Positions 1-9,646 of a stretch of 64,000 nucleotides of DNA are shown piece by piece. Origin of the DNA: Thermoanaerobaculia bacterium. GTDB taxonomy: Bacteria > Acidobacteriota > Thermoanaerobaculia > Multivoradales > UBA5704. The stretch lies in NCBI GenBank assembly GCA_044226625.1, contig JBGAGQ010000009.1:32001-96000 (forward strand), in the 5' to 3' direction. A model generated the notes under the pieces. The model worked only from the letters and a program-made list of their open reading frames with translations, was not told the origin of the DNA and ran no database searches. Made by a program: the position numbers and the translations under genes. Position 1 is the stretch's first letter, and every line of letters starts with the position of its first letter.

Positions 1-360
1 GACCTGCCCGACGCGTCGCTCGCAGGAATCGTCGCCTTCTATTCGGTGATCCACTTCGAACCCGAGGACCTCGGCCGCGCATTCGGCGAGATGCGGCGGA
101 CCTTGGCGCCGGACGGCGTACTGCTGCTCGCATTCCACGTCGGGGCCGAAACGATCCACCTCGACGAGCTGTGGGGACGGTCGGTCTCGCTCGATTTTCG
201 ATTCCTGGACCCGAACGAGGTCATCGCGGCGCTCCGGACCGCCGGCTTTGCGGTCACCGAATCGAGCGAACGCGAGCCGTATGAAGGAGCAGAGTACCCG
301 AGCCGACGCTGCTATCTCTTGGCGCGGCCCGGACATGGTGAGCCGTCGATCCAACCCTGA
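1..360 (+). CDS. Class I SAM-dependent methyltransferase, 5'-partial
   Basis: Frame open from base 1: DLPDASLAGIVAFYSVIH...EMRRTLAPDGVLLLAF, the C-terminal half of a class I methyltransferase. Confidence 0.8.
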   Translation, partial: DLPDASLAGIVAFYSVIHFEPEDLGRAFGEMRRTLAPDGVLLLAFHVGAETIHLDELWGRSVSLDFRFLDPNEVIAALRTAGFAVTESSEREPYEGAEYPSRRCYLLARPGHGEPSIQP

Positions 361-389
361 CAATCTTCCGCTTCAGCCTGAAGAGCGAG

Positions 390-541
390 AGCGGAGAGAA
401 TCTCCCACGGCTCTTATCGGCTGGTTGCGTGGCTACGTCCACATGACATACACGGAACGCGAAGACGAGATCCACGTGATCTCGCTTCGGGAGGCAACTC
501 CCCATGAAGCACGATCGTACTTTGAATCCCTTTCCCACTAG
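390..541 (+). pseudogene. BrnT-family toxin remnant (C-terminal part only)
   Basis: LIGWLRGYVHMTYTEREDEIHVISLREATPHEARSY matches the BrnT C-terminus; N-terminal half and start codon missing. Confidence 0.7.
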
Positions 542-823
542 CTCCGAAGAAATCGAGGCCGCGATCGCAAGGGCTCCGACGCAAGTTGTCGACCCGGACT
601 GCCCCTATGACCGAATGAGCCCGCTGCAGTCGAAGCCTTCTGGAAGAAGGCTACCGTTCGTCGTCCCGGCCAGCGCGGCCCGGGCTTGAAACCCAAGAAA
701 GTCCTGCTATCGGTGAGGTACAGCCCCGAGGTCGTTGAGTTCTTCAAGGCCACCGGCGAAGGCTGGCAAACACGAATGGACGAGGCGCTTAAGGAGTGGA
801 TGGCAGGTCGCAAATCAACCTAA
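504..823 (+). pseudogene. BrnA-family antitoxin, frameshifted near 611
   Basis: Frame from 504 reads ...VDPDCPYD; shifted frame continues EPAAVEAFWKKA...RGPGLKPKKVLLSVRYSPEVVEFFKATGEGWQTRMDEALKEW to TAA 821-823 (BrnA GWQTR motif). Confidence 0.8.
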
Positions 824-880
824 AAGGGAGGTGGCGTACGGCCGCCCCTTCAACGCAGCACCGTGGGTGGAGAGGCGGTC

Positions 881-1225
881 TCAGAGGCCCAGAATGAGCC
901 TTAGGCCGTTCTCGACCCCCATGAGCAATCGCGAAGGCACCTTCCCAGCAACCTCGGTCAGGAGGCTCTTGTCTACCGCGAGTAGTTGGGAGATGTTCGC
1001 CACCGAGTCGGAGGGAAGACCGGTCATGCTCTTCGGAAGGAAGGTGTTTCCGGGCGCTTCCGCAAGTTCCAACTTCGTCGTGAGCGGCACAGCGAGGACT
1101 GTGCGAAGGCGGCTCGCCGTGAACTCCTCCGCCTGGATGACGATCACCGGCCGGCGATAGCCGGGCTCGGAACCGGAAGGCTCGGGGAGCGAGGCCCACC
1201 AAATCTCACCGCGGCGGATCACCAA
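881..1225 (-). CDS. mazF: MazF/PemK-family toxin
   Basis: IRRGEIWWASL...GSEPGYRRPVIVIQ...VLAVPLTT...DSVANISQLLAVDK. Confidence 0.93.
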   Translation of the reverse strand: MVIRRGEIWWASLPEPSGSEPGYRRPVIVIQAEEFTASRLRTVLAVPLTTKLELAEAPGNTFLPKSMTGLPSDSVANISQLLAVDKSLLTEVAGKVPSRLLMGVENGLRLILGL

Positions 1226-1455
1226 GGGTCTCGCTTGAGAGTCGCGAGCTGCAGAGCTTCCAACACGGGATCCGGGGTCTGGTCGACTCTCTCGTAGACC
1301 TGATTCAGTGCCTCGGTGATTCCCTTCCGCTTCTGTCCATGCAGGAACTCTTGGATGGCTGTCGCATAAAGTTGGCTACGAGAAATGCCTAGCTCTGCCG
1401 CCATTTCCTCGGCGGACTCGAAAAGGGGATCAGGTAGTGAGATGGCAGTCTTCAT
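1219..1455 (-). CDS. Ribbon-helix-helix antitoxin (ChpI/MazE-like)
   Basis: MKTAISLPDPLFESAEEMAAELGISRSQLYATAI; overlaps toxin start. Confidence 0.9.
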   Translation of the reverse strand: MKTAISLPDPLFESAEEMAAELGISRSQLYATAIQEFLHGQKRKGITEALNQVYERVDQTPDPVLEALQLATLKRDPW

Positions 1456-1461
1456 AGCCTA

Positions 1462-1479
1462 AGTATAACTCGGTCATAC
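1462..1479 (-). promoter_or_regulatory. -10 box and palindromic operator of the mazEF-like operon
   Basis: Minus-strand TATACT 6 nt before ATG, inside imperfect palindrome GTATAAC-tcg-GTCATAC. Confidence 0.6.
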
Positions 1480-1529
1480 CGCCATGCGCGCCGAGAGCAA
1501 TGCCTCGACGCAGTCCAGTTCCGGCCCTT

Positions 1530-2525
1530 CTAAATCCCCAGCCGGAACCGCCGGCTCCGGAACGCCGGAGAATCCGGGCACAAATCCCCGTCGTCGGAGA
1601 GGACGATCAGCTCGTCGGGGACCGCGGGGTCGAAGAAGATCGCCTCGGGTATGAGGGTACCGAGGTCGATACCGGCGATCGGTTTCGGCTTGTCCTTCGG
1701 CTTGCCCGACCAGCGGAAGAGCTGGAAGGTGCCACCGTCCGCGACCCCTCCTCCACTAATCACGTAGGCTTTCGCGGCCGGCCAGAATTCGAGGCTGCGG
1801 ATTCCCAAGCCTCCGAGGTCGAGCAGGATCGGAGCGCCGAATTTCGGCTTCTTTCCGAACAGCACGTCGCGCGGGTTCTTGAGGGTCGCAATGAGCGCCC
1901 GATTCTGCGGGAGCGGATTGCGGAAGCCGATCAGAAGCTCGCCCTTGGGGGTCGCGGCGAGCCCTTCGAGGTTCAAGCCACCGGACTCGATCGGCTTTCG
2001 CGCCGCAGCTTCCTGAACGTGGAAGGAGGCGTACCGCGAATCTTTGGCGAGATCCTCGATCAACGAGAGGTAGGGCGCTCCGACCGCGGCGAGCGCGTGG
2101 CTTCCGGGGGCCACGGTGACGGCGAACAGTCGGTGGCGGTCGGGGTCTTCCTCACCGCTGTTCTTCCGGCTGTGCGAGCCGACCCAGTAAATCGCGTTGC
2201 CGATCCGCGCGGCTCCTTCGAGGTCCGCTTTCTTCTTGAGGCCGGGCAAGTCGGAGGTCTTGAGGATCTCGGGATCGCCCGGCGAGTCCTTCTTGTAGAT
2301 CCGCAGATCCTTCTGGTCGTCGTCGCCGATGACGAAGAAACCCGGTTCGAGCATCACGACGGCCGAGGGCTCGCAGGTGCCGGGGTATCGGATCTCGATC
2401 TCACCCGGCGGCGCGGGCGCCTGGGCGCGGGCGAGCCCGAACGGGAGCAGGCCGGCCAAAAGGCCGACCATGCCCAGGAGACCCAGGGAACCAGAGGGAA
2501 GGCTCAAGCGGGTTCGAGCGCGCAT
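1530..2525 (-). CDS. Secreted DUF3616-like protein
   Basis: Signal peptide; CEPSAV, ADLEGAAR, YWVGSHSRK, GLNLEGLA, IGFRNPL, LDLGGLGIRSL, LSDDG motifs; GGAGA RBS before ATG 2525. Confidence 0.8.
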   Translation of the reverse strand: MRARTRLSLPSGSLGLLGMVGLLAGLLPFGLARAQAPAPPGEIEIRYPGTCEPSAVVMLEPGFFVIGDDDQKDLRIYKKDSPGDPEILKTSDLPGLKKKADLEGAARIGNAIYWVGSHSRKNSGEEDPDRHRLFAVTVAPGSHALAAVGAPYLSLIEDLAKDSRYASFHVQEAAARKPIESGGLNLEGLAATPKGELLIGFRNPLPQNRALIATLKNPRDVLFGKKPKFGAPILLDLGGLGIRSLEFWPAAKAYVISGGGVADGGTFQLFRWSGKPKDKPKPIAGIDLGTLIPEAIFFDPAVPDELIVLSDDGDLCPDSPAFRSRRFRLGI

Positions 2526-2671
2526 GTTCGTATCTCCGTCCTGTTTCAAGTTTAGACGGACACCTGAGGAACATACGCGATGTCCGGCGGTCCCGATCCG
2601 TACGCCCTCGGTGCAACGTTTCGGCTACGATGACCGCCTAGAAGCGCAGTAACCTCAATGCGGAGCGGCAC

Positions 2672-3298
2672 TTGAGCGAATCCTCCCTCGATTCCGGCAG
2701 GGATGTTCCCGAAGAGATCACCCAGCTTCTCGAGGTCTGGAAGGGAGGGGACGACCAGGCGCTCGAACGGCTGATTCCGGCCGTCTACCTCGAGCTTCGG
2801 CGGCTCGCCGACCGCCAGTTACAGGGTGAGAAGTCGGGGCACACTCTCCAGCCCACCGCCCTGGTGCACGAGGCATTCATGAAGCTGCGCGGACTGCGCG
2901 ACATCCAGTGGCACGATCGGGCGCATTTCTTCGCCTTTTCCTCGCGGATCATGCGACGCATCCTCGTCGACCACGCGCGCGGCAAGATGGCCGCTAAAAG
3001 AGGGGCCGAATCCCCACATGTGTCGCTGCTCGACGGCGACCTCGGCGGAGGTGCGGTCGAATCGACGCTGTCGGCCGCCGAATTGATCGACCTCGACCGC
3101 TCGCTCGACCGCCTGGCGGCCGAAGAACCGCGCCTCGCCCGCCTGATCGAGGTGCGCTTCTTCGGCGGCCTCACGGTCGAGGAGGCGGCCGAGGTGCTCG
3201 AATGCTCGCCGCGGACGGTGAAACGCGATTGGGCGTTCGCCCGCGCCTGGCTGCTCAAGGACCTCGGAGCGGACGGGTCGGACGCGGCTTCGAAATGA
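2672..3298 (+). CDS. ECF RNA polymerase sigma factor, TIGR02999-type (kinase-associated)
   Basis: ITQLL...YLELRRLA...HTLQPTALVHEAF...MRRILVDHAR...EVRFFGGLTVEEAA...RTVKRDWAFARAWL. Confidence 0.95.
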   Translation: MSESSLDSGRDVPEEITQLLEVWKGGDDQALERLIPAVYLELRRLADRQLQGEKSGHTLQPTALVHEAFMKLRGLRDIQWHDRAHFFAFSSRIMRRILVDHARGKMAAKRGAESPHVSLLDGDLGGGAVESTLSAAELIDLDRSLDRLAAEEPRLARLIEVRFFGGLTVEEAAEVLECSPRTVKRDWAFARAWLLKDLGADGSDAASK

Positions 3299-6200
3299 CC
3301 GTCGAGGCGCGGTTCGGCAGGCTCCGCGCGGCCTTCGACGTGGTCCTCGACCTGCCCGAGGCCGAGCGGGACGAGGCGATCCGCCAGCTCGCCGGACCCG
3401 ATCTCGCGTTCGAGGCGGAGCTGCGCGAGCTGCTCGCCGCCGCGGAGCGCTCGACCACCCCGCTCGACACCCCGCCGCTCCGCACCTTCCGCGCCGCGGA
3501 GGACCCGCTCGCGATCGAGTCCGCGACCGTCGGGGCGGCGAGCGGAGAGTCGCGCGAGGAGGTCCCGGGCTATCGCCTGCTCCAACCGATCGGGCGCGGC
3601 GGCAGCTCGACCGTCTACCTCGCCGAGCAGCTCGGCCAAGGGTTCACGCGCAAGGTCGCGCTCAAGATCCTGGGCCGCTGGATGGACGCCGCGCTGCTTC
3701 GGCGGTTCCGGGCCGAGCAGCGGATCCTCGCCGGGCTCGAGCACCCGGGCATTGCCCGCCTCTACGACGCGGGGATCACTCCGACTGGGCGCCCCTATCT
3801 CGCGATGGAATGGGTGCGCGGCACGAACCTGCTGGAGCACTGCGCCGCCTCGGGCGCCTCGACGCGCGAGCGGATCGTCCTCTTCGTCGCGGTGCTCGAG
3901 GCGGTCGCGCACGCCCACGCCTCGTCGGTCGTCCATCGCGATCTCAAGCCGGGCAACATCCTGGTCTCCGAGCGGGGCGAGCCGAAGCTGCTCGACTTCG
4001 GCATCGCGCGGCTGCTCGCGGTCGATCGGGAAGGCGCCGAAGGAGAGCCTGGCGACCCGACCGAGACGCGCCACCGCGCGATGACGCCCGCTTACGCAAG
4101 CCCCGAGCAGGTGCGCGGCGATTCGGTCGACCGCGCCTCGGACATCTATTCGCTCGGCATCGTGCTCTACGAGCTGCTGGTCGGCCGGCGTCCCTACCGA
4201 GCCCCGAGCGGGCGGCTGGACGAGCTCGAGCGGGCGATCCGCGAACAGGATCCGGCCCCGACCGGGCTCGGCCTCGATCTGGACGCGATCCTCCAGAAGG
4301 CGATGCGCAAAGAGCCCGAGCTGCGCTATCTCTCGGCGGCCGATTTCGCGGCCGACCTGCTGCGCCATCTCGACGGCCGGCCGGTGCTCGCGCGGCGCGG
4401 CACCTGGCTCTACCGGCTCGGCCGTGAATTCAAGCGACGACGGGGCTTCTGGGCGAACGCGGCGCTCGCGACCGGCGTCGCCGGCGGGCTCGCGCTCTGG
4501 CTGGCCGGAGGGATCCCCGGATCGCGCGGCGCGGCGACCGATCCCAACGCCTCGCCATGGCTCGCGATGCCCGTCGCGAGCGCCGCCGCCGCGAGCTACG
4601 AAGAGGGCCTTCGCCAGCTCTCGCGGCTGGAGCCCACCCGGGCCGCCGCGAGCTTCCGCCGCGCCGTCGCGGCCGATCCCGAGCAGCCGTTGATCCACGC
4701 GGCGCTCGCGACCGCCGAAGGGCGTGCCGGCCGGGACGGTGAGGCCCGAGCCGAAGGGCAGCGTGCGCTCTCGCTGAGCGGCGGCGCGCCGCGCGAAAGC
4801 CGGCTGCTGGTCGAGGCGGTCTCGCTCCGCGCCGCGGGCCAGCGCACCGAAGAGGCGAAGCTACGGCGGGCGCTCTGGCTGCTCCTCCCGAGGAATTTCG
4901 AGGTCGGGTATCTGTTCGCGCAAAGTCTGGCCGAGGGTGGCGCCCAAGAGGAGGCGCTCGAGGTCGCCGCGAAGCTGCGCGCGCTCCCGGAAGGGGGTCG
5001 GGGGGAGGCGGCCGACCTGCGGATCGGTTTGATCGAGCTCGAGGCGCTGAACCTGCTCGGCAGGCCGCAGGAGGTGGCGGACCGCGCCCGGCGCCTCGCC
5101 GACCAGGCGAACCGGCGGGGGCTTCAGGCGATCGCCGCCGCGGCGCGCCTGGAGGAGAGCCAGGCGGGTGACGGGCTCGGCCGGACCGATCTCACGCGCT
5201 CCGCCGCGAACGAGGCGCGCCGGCTTTCGGCCGCGGCCGGCGAGGCGAACGGAGTCGCCCGCGCGGTGATGTACGAGTGCATGGCCCTGTTTCGCGAATC
5301 GCGCCACGAGCAGGTCGAGGCGACGTGCGCCGAGGCGATCCGCCTCTTCGAGCGGATCGGCAGCTCGAGCGGCGTCGCCCGCTCGCTCGGCATCCTCGGC
5401 GCGAGCCGCCAGCGCCAAGGGCTCATCCACGAGGCGCGCGAAACCTTCGCCCAAGCGCTCGACCTCGAAACGAGAAACCACCTGGGGGACCTGCCGAGCC
5501 AGGTGCGCTACCAGCACAACCTCGCGAACCTCGACAGCGACCTCGGCCGGCTGCCCGAGGCGGAAGAGGGCTTTCGCCGCGCGATCTCTACGCTGCGCGA
5601 GATCGGCAACGAGATCGGGTTGGTGCGGGCGCTCGGCGCGCTCTCGGTGGTGCTGATGAAACGCGGCTCGCTCGACGAGGCGAAGACCCTCCTCGGCGAG
5701 GCGGAGCGGCTGGAGCGGACGATCGGCTCTCCCCGCGAGCTCGGTTACACCCAGTGGCTCTGCGGCGACCTCGCGAACCTGCGCGGGGAGACCGCGGAAG
5801 CCGAGGCCTGGTACGCGCGGGCCGCGACCCATTTCGCGGGCATCCAGGAGGCGGACCTGGTCGCCCGGTTCCAGACCTCCCGAAAGCAGCTCGCGGAGCC
5901 TTCCCCCCGCCTCTGCCGCGACCTCGAACGCTCCGCGGACGAGCTGTCGCGGCTCGGCGATCGCAGCGCCACCGAGCTCGCCGCCGCGATCTCGCGCTGC
6001 TGGAGCGACTCGGGCTCGCCGAAGGAGGCGGCGCGTTGGCTCGATCGCGCCGACGACCAGGCAAATTCGACCGAGCTGCCGGAGGTACGGGTCGATCTCG
6101 AGCTCGCCCGCGCGAGTCTCGCCATGGAAGTGCGGCATTGGGCCGACGCGGAGCGGATCCTCGACCGAGCCGCCGAAGACTGCCGGCGCGGCGCGCTCGG

Positions 6201-6756
6201 CACGCTCCTCCTGGAGATTCGCCTGGAGCAGGCCCGACTCGCGCTCGCCCGCGGCGATCACCCGGAGCGGGTTCGGACGCTCGCCGAAGAGCTGGTCCGC
6301 GACGCCGAGGCGGGGCACTTCGGCAAGATCGCCCGGAAGGCGAAAGAGATCCTCGCCGTACCGCGCTTGGCCCGGTGGGAGCGCCCCCACCTCGATCCTC
6401 CCCCGCAAGCGGGGGAGGACGAAGCCCGTTCGGAGGGTCTACTCTCCGCCCAACGCGCTCGGGCGTCGATTACCCCTCAGCGAAGCGCCCCCCCTTCCGC
6501 GAGCGGAGGAGGTGGCACCTTGCGTCCCTCCCCCCGCTTGCGGGGGGCGGTTAGGAGGGGGGCTGCTGCCACTAGCAGCGCCCTCGCCGCGCCGCAGCGC
6601 CCCTACCTCGATCCTCCCCCGCAAGCGGGGGAGGAGGAAGCCCGTTTGGAGGGTCCACTCTCCGTCCAACGCGCTCGGGAGTCGATTACCCCTCAGCGAA
6701 GCGTCCCTCCCCCCGCGAGCGGGGGGAGGCCAGGAGGGGGGCCGCGATGCTTCTAG
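3295..6756 (+). CDS. Transmembrane Ser/Thr protein kinase with TPR ectodomain (paralogue 1)
   Basis: ATGA overlap with sigma stop; GRGGSSTVY, VALK, HRDLKPGN, DFG, YASPEQ; TM helix; TPR-like repeats; last ~125 aa derived from DNA repeats. Confidence 0.93.
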   Translation: MTVEARFGRLRAAFDVVLDLPEAERDEAIRQLAGPDLAFEAELRELLAAAERSTTPLDTPPLRTFRAAEDPLAIESATVGAASGESREEVPGYRLLQPIGRGGSSTVYLAEQLGQGFTRKVALKILGRWMDAALLRRFRAEQRILAGLEHPGIARLYDAGITPTGRPYLAMEWVRGTNLLEHCAASGASTRERIVLFVAVLEAVAHAHASSVVHRDLKPGNILVSERGEPKLLDFGIARLLAVDREGAEGEPGDPTETRHRAMTPAYASPEQVRGDSVDRASDIYSLGIVLYELLVGRRPYRAPSGRLDELERAIREQDPAPTGLGLDLDAILQKAMRKEPELRYLSAADFAADLLRHLDGRPVLARRGTWLYRLGREFKRRRGFWANAALATGVAGGLALWLAGGIPGSRGAATDPNASPWLAMPVASAAAASYEEGLRQLSRLEPTRAAASFRRAVAADPEQPLIHAALATAEGRAGRDGEARAEGQRALSLSGGAPRESRLLVEAVSLRAAGQRTEEAKLRRALWLLLPRNFEVGYLFAQSLAEGGAQEEALEVAAKLRALPEGGRGEAADLRIGLIELEALNLLGRPQEVADRARRLADQANRRGLQAIAAAARLEESQAGDGLGRTDLTRSAANEARRLSAAAGEANGVARAVMYECMALFRESRHEQVEATCAEAIRLFERIGSSSGVARSLGILGASRQRQGLIHEARETFAQALDLETRNHLGDLPSQVRYQHNLANLDSDLGRLPEAEEGFRRAISTLREIGNEIGLVRALGALSVVLMKRGSLDEAKTLLGEAERLERTIGSPRELGYTQWLCGDLANLRGETAEAEAWYARAATHFAGIQEADLVARFQTSRKQLAEPSPRLCRDLERSADELSRLGDRSATELAAAISRCWSDSGSPKEAARWLDRADDQANSTELPEVRVDLELARASLAMEVRHWADAERILDRAAEDCRRGALGTLLLEIRLEQARLALARGDHPERVRTLAEELVRDAEAGHFGKIARKAKEILAVPRLARWERPHLDPPPQAGEDEARSEGLLSAQRARASITPQRSAPPSASGGGGTLRPSPRLRGAVRRGAAATSSALAAPQRPYLDPPPQAGEEEARLEGPLSVQRARESITPQRSVPPPASGGRPGGGPRCF
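6381..6743. repeat. Two tandem copies (offset 216 bp) of a palindromic REP-like element
   Basis: GCGCCCCYACCTCGATCCTCCCCCGCAAGCGGGGGAGGA at 6381 and 6597 (11-bp perfect stem); each copy ends with an inverted partner hairpin CCCTCCCCCGC..GCGGGGGG..AGGAGGGGGG. Confidence 0.85.
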
Positions 6757-9632
6757 CTTCCCCTCTCGAGCCGCACCCCGAGCCGTCGCTCGAGGAGATC
6801 CCCGGGTACCGTCGGTTCGAGCGGATCGGCCGCGGCGGCAGCGCTACCGTCTACCGCGCCGAGCAGGAGGGAAACGGCTTCCTGCGCCCCGTCGCTCTCA
6901 AGGTGATCGACCTCTTCGCCGACGCCTCCCGACTGCGCCGGTTCGAGGCCGAAAAGCGCATCCTCGCCGCACTCGAGCACCCCGGAATCGCCCGCCTGTA
7001 CGAGGCCGGGGTCACCTCGGCCGGTCGGCCTTACCTGGCGATGGAGCTGGTACGCGGCGACGACCTGCTCGAGCACTGCCGACGGACCAACGCTTCGACG
7101 CGCGATCGGATCGCGCTGTTCCTGCTCGTCCTCGACGCGGTCGAGCACGCCCATCGGGCGTCGATCGTCCATCGGGATCTCAAGCCGGGCAACGTCCTGG
7201 TCTCCGAGCATGGGGCACCGAAGCTGCTCGACTTCGGCATCGCCCGTCTGCTGGCGCCCGACGAGACCGGCGAAGGAACCGCGCCCCCCGACCCGACGGA
7301 GACCCGACGCCTGCCGTTCACCCCCGCCTACGCGAGCCCCGAGCAGGTCGCGGGAGGCCGGGTCGATCGAGCCTCCGACCTCTATTCACTCGGCGTCGTC
7401 CTCTACGAGATGCTCGCGGGAAGGCGCCCCTATCGCCTCGAAGACGATCGCTTGGCGACGCTCGAGCGGGCGATCCTCGAGCAGGTGCCCGAATCGGCAG
7501 CGCTCGGCCGCGACCTCGACGCAATCCTTCGAAAGGCGCTCGAAAAGGAACCGGCCGACCGCTACGCCTCGGCCGCCGAGCTCGCCACCGACCTGCGCCG
7601 CCACCTCGACGGGAAGCCGGTTCTCGCGCGCCGCGTCTCGCCGCTCGGGCGCTGGGCTCGAGAAGTCGCGCGGCGGCCCGCCCGGGCGATCGCGGCGGTT
7701 CTCCTCGCGCTTCTCGCCGGCGCGCTCGTCCGGTTCGGCCTCGGCACCCAGCCCGCGGAGCGAATCGACGCCGGGCGCCCCGACCCCACCGCTTCGCCGT
7801 TTCTTGCTCTGCCGGTCGCCCCCGCGGCGCTCGCCGATTTTCGCGCCGGGCTCGACGCGCTCGCGCGCCTGGAAACGAAAGCGGCGATCGCGCGGCTCCG
7901 CAAGGCGGTCGCCGCCGATCCCTCCCAACCGCTGATCCACGCCGCACTCGCCACCGCTCACGCGCGGGCTGGGCACGATTTCCTGGCGCGTGGCGAGGGG
8001 AGGAGAGCCCTCGAGCTCGCCCCGGCGGAGCCGCGGGAGAGCCGGCTGCTCGCCGAGGCGACGGCGTTCCAGACCTCCGGCGAAAAGGAGCAGGAGATCG
8101 AACGGCGGCGCGCCCTCTGGGTTCTTGCGCCTACGAATTTCGAGGCCGGGTTCCTGCTCGCGAAGAGCCTCAACGAGACCGGCGGAGGGGAGGAGGCGAT
8201 GACGGTGATCGGCCGGCTGCGAACCACTCCCCCCGGCAAGAGACCGCTCGACGACCTGCGCCTCGGCCTGCTCGAAGGGGAGGCGCTCAACCAGCTCGGG
8301 CGGCCGGCCGAGAACGACGCGGTGTCGGAAAAGGTGATGGCCGCCGCGACGCCGCGCAGCCTGCCGATCGTCGCGGCGATGGGACTCCTGAACCGGGCCC
8401 TCGCCCACGATGCCCTCGCCGTGAACAGCAAGACACAGGCGTTCGCGGCGCAAGCCGAGCGGATGTTCCTCACGCACGGGGAAGCATGGGGCGCCGTCCG
8501 AGCGGCGAATGTCCAGTGCGGCGCCGCGATCCACGACGGCCGGCCGCTCGACGCCGAGCGGGCCTGCCATCGAGCGATCCGAGCCGCCGAGAGCATCGGC
8601 AGCGCGACCTCCATGGCGCGCGGGTTCATGAACCTCGCGATTTCCCAGCGCCTGCGCGGCAACGTCCTCGAAGCGAGAAATACGCTGGCTCGCGCGCTCG
8701 AGATCGAGCGCAACGGCCCGCTCAAGGACCGGATCGCCCTCGGCCGCTATCTGTTCAACCTGGCGAGCCTCGACTCCGACCTCGGCCGGCTGCCCGAGGG
8801 GGAAGAAGAATTCCGGCAGGCCATCGAGCTGCTGCGAGAGGGCGGCAACAAGTTCAGCCTGATGCGGAACTTGAGCGCTCTCGGCCAGATCCTGATCTAT
8901 AGGGGCGCGCTCGAGCAGGCGGCTGCCGCCCTCGACGAGGCCCATCTCCTCGCCCAATCCGTCGGCTCGGACACCGAGCGCGGCCAGATCCTTTGGCGCC
9001 AGGCGGACGTCGCCAAGCTCGAAGGGGACCTGCCGCGCGCGCGGCGTCTGTTCGACCAAGCGGCGGTCGAGTTCGCGAACGCCGAGACCCAGGACATCGT
9101 GGGGCCGTTCCGCGTCTCGCGCCTTCAGATCGAAGTCCCGTCCGAGAAAGCTTGCCGTGCCCTGGAAGCGTCGTCTCCGGAGCTCGCGCGGACCGGCATC
9201 GAGGCCCTGAACGAGCTCGCCGTCGCGATCTCGCGCTGCTGGAGCGACGCGGGGTTTCCGAGCCGCGCCCGGCGTTGGCTCGACCGCTCGGGCACCGAGG
9301 CGGCGAATTCCGAAATCCCGGCGATCCGGGTCGACTACCTGCTCGCCCGCGCCTCGGTCGCGCTCGGCGCGAAACGCTGGGACGAAGCGGGCCAGGATCT
9401 TCGGACGGCCGAGGACCTGTGCCGGAAGTCGTCGCTCGGCAGCCAGCTGATGGAGGTCCGCCTCGTGTCCGCGCGCCTCGCGCTCGCCCGCGGCGAGCAT
9501 CCCGAGCGCGTTCGAACGCTCGCCGAGGAGCTGCGCAGCGACGCCTCGGCGGCGCGGTTCGGGACCATCGCGCGCGAGGCGGGCCTTCTCCTCGATGCGC
9601 AGCTGGACGCGCGGCGCCACGGTCGCCGATAG
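6747..9632 (+). CDS. Transmembrane Ser/Thr protein kinase with TPR ectodomain (paralogue 2)
   Basis: GRGGSATVY, VALK, HRDLKPGN, DFG, TPAYASPEQ; TM IAAVLLALLAGALV; TPR region colinear with paralogue 1. Confidence 0.94.
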   Translation: MLLASPLEPHPEPSLEEIPGYRRFERIGRGGSATVYRAEQEGNGFLRPVALKVIDLFADASRLRRFEAEKRILAALEHPGIARLYEAGVTSAGRPYLAMELVRGDDLLEHCRRTNASTRDRIALFLLVLDAVEHAHRASIVHRDLKPGNVLVSEHGAPKLLDFGIARLLAPDETGEGTAPPDPTETRRLPFTPAYASPEQVAGGRVDRASDLYSLGVVLYEMLAGRRPYRLEDDRLATLERAILEQVPESAALGRDLDAILRKALEKEPADRYASAAELATDLRRHLDGKPVLARRVSPLGRWAREVARRPARAIAAVLLALLAGALVRFGLGTQPAERIDAGRPDPTASPFLALPVAPAALADFRAGLDALARLETKAAIARLRKAVAADPSQPLIHAALATAHARAGHDFLARGEGRRALELAPAEPRESRLLAEATAFQTSGEKEQEIERRRALWVLAPTNFEAGFLLAKSLNETGGGEEAMTVIGRLRTTPPGKRPLDDLRLGLLEGEALNQLGRPAENDAVSEKVMAAATPRSLPIVAAMGLLNRALAHDALAVNSKTQAFAAQAERMFLTHGEAWGAVRAANVQCGAAIHDGRPLDAERACHRAIRAAESIGSATSMARGFMNLAISQRLRGNVLEARNTLARALEIERNGPLKDRIALGRYLFNLASLDSDLGRLPEGEEEFRQAIELLREGGNKFSLMRNLSALGQILIYRGALEQAAAALDEAHLLAQSVGSDTERGQILWRQADVAKLEGDLPRARRLFDQAAVEFANAETQDIVGPFRVSRLQIEVPSEKACRALEASSPELARTGIEALNELAVAISRCWSDAGFPSRARRWLDRSGTEAANSEIPAIRVDYLLARASVALGAKRWDEAGQDLRTAEDLCRKSSLGSQLMEVRLVSARLALARGEHPERVRTLAEELRSDASAARFGTIAREAGLLLDAQLDARRHGRR

Positions 9633-9646
9633 CGGGAGGAACTCCG

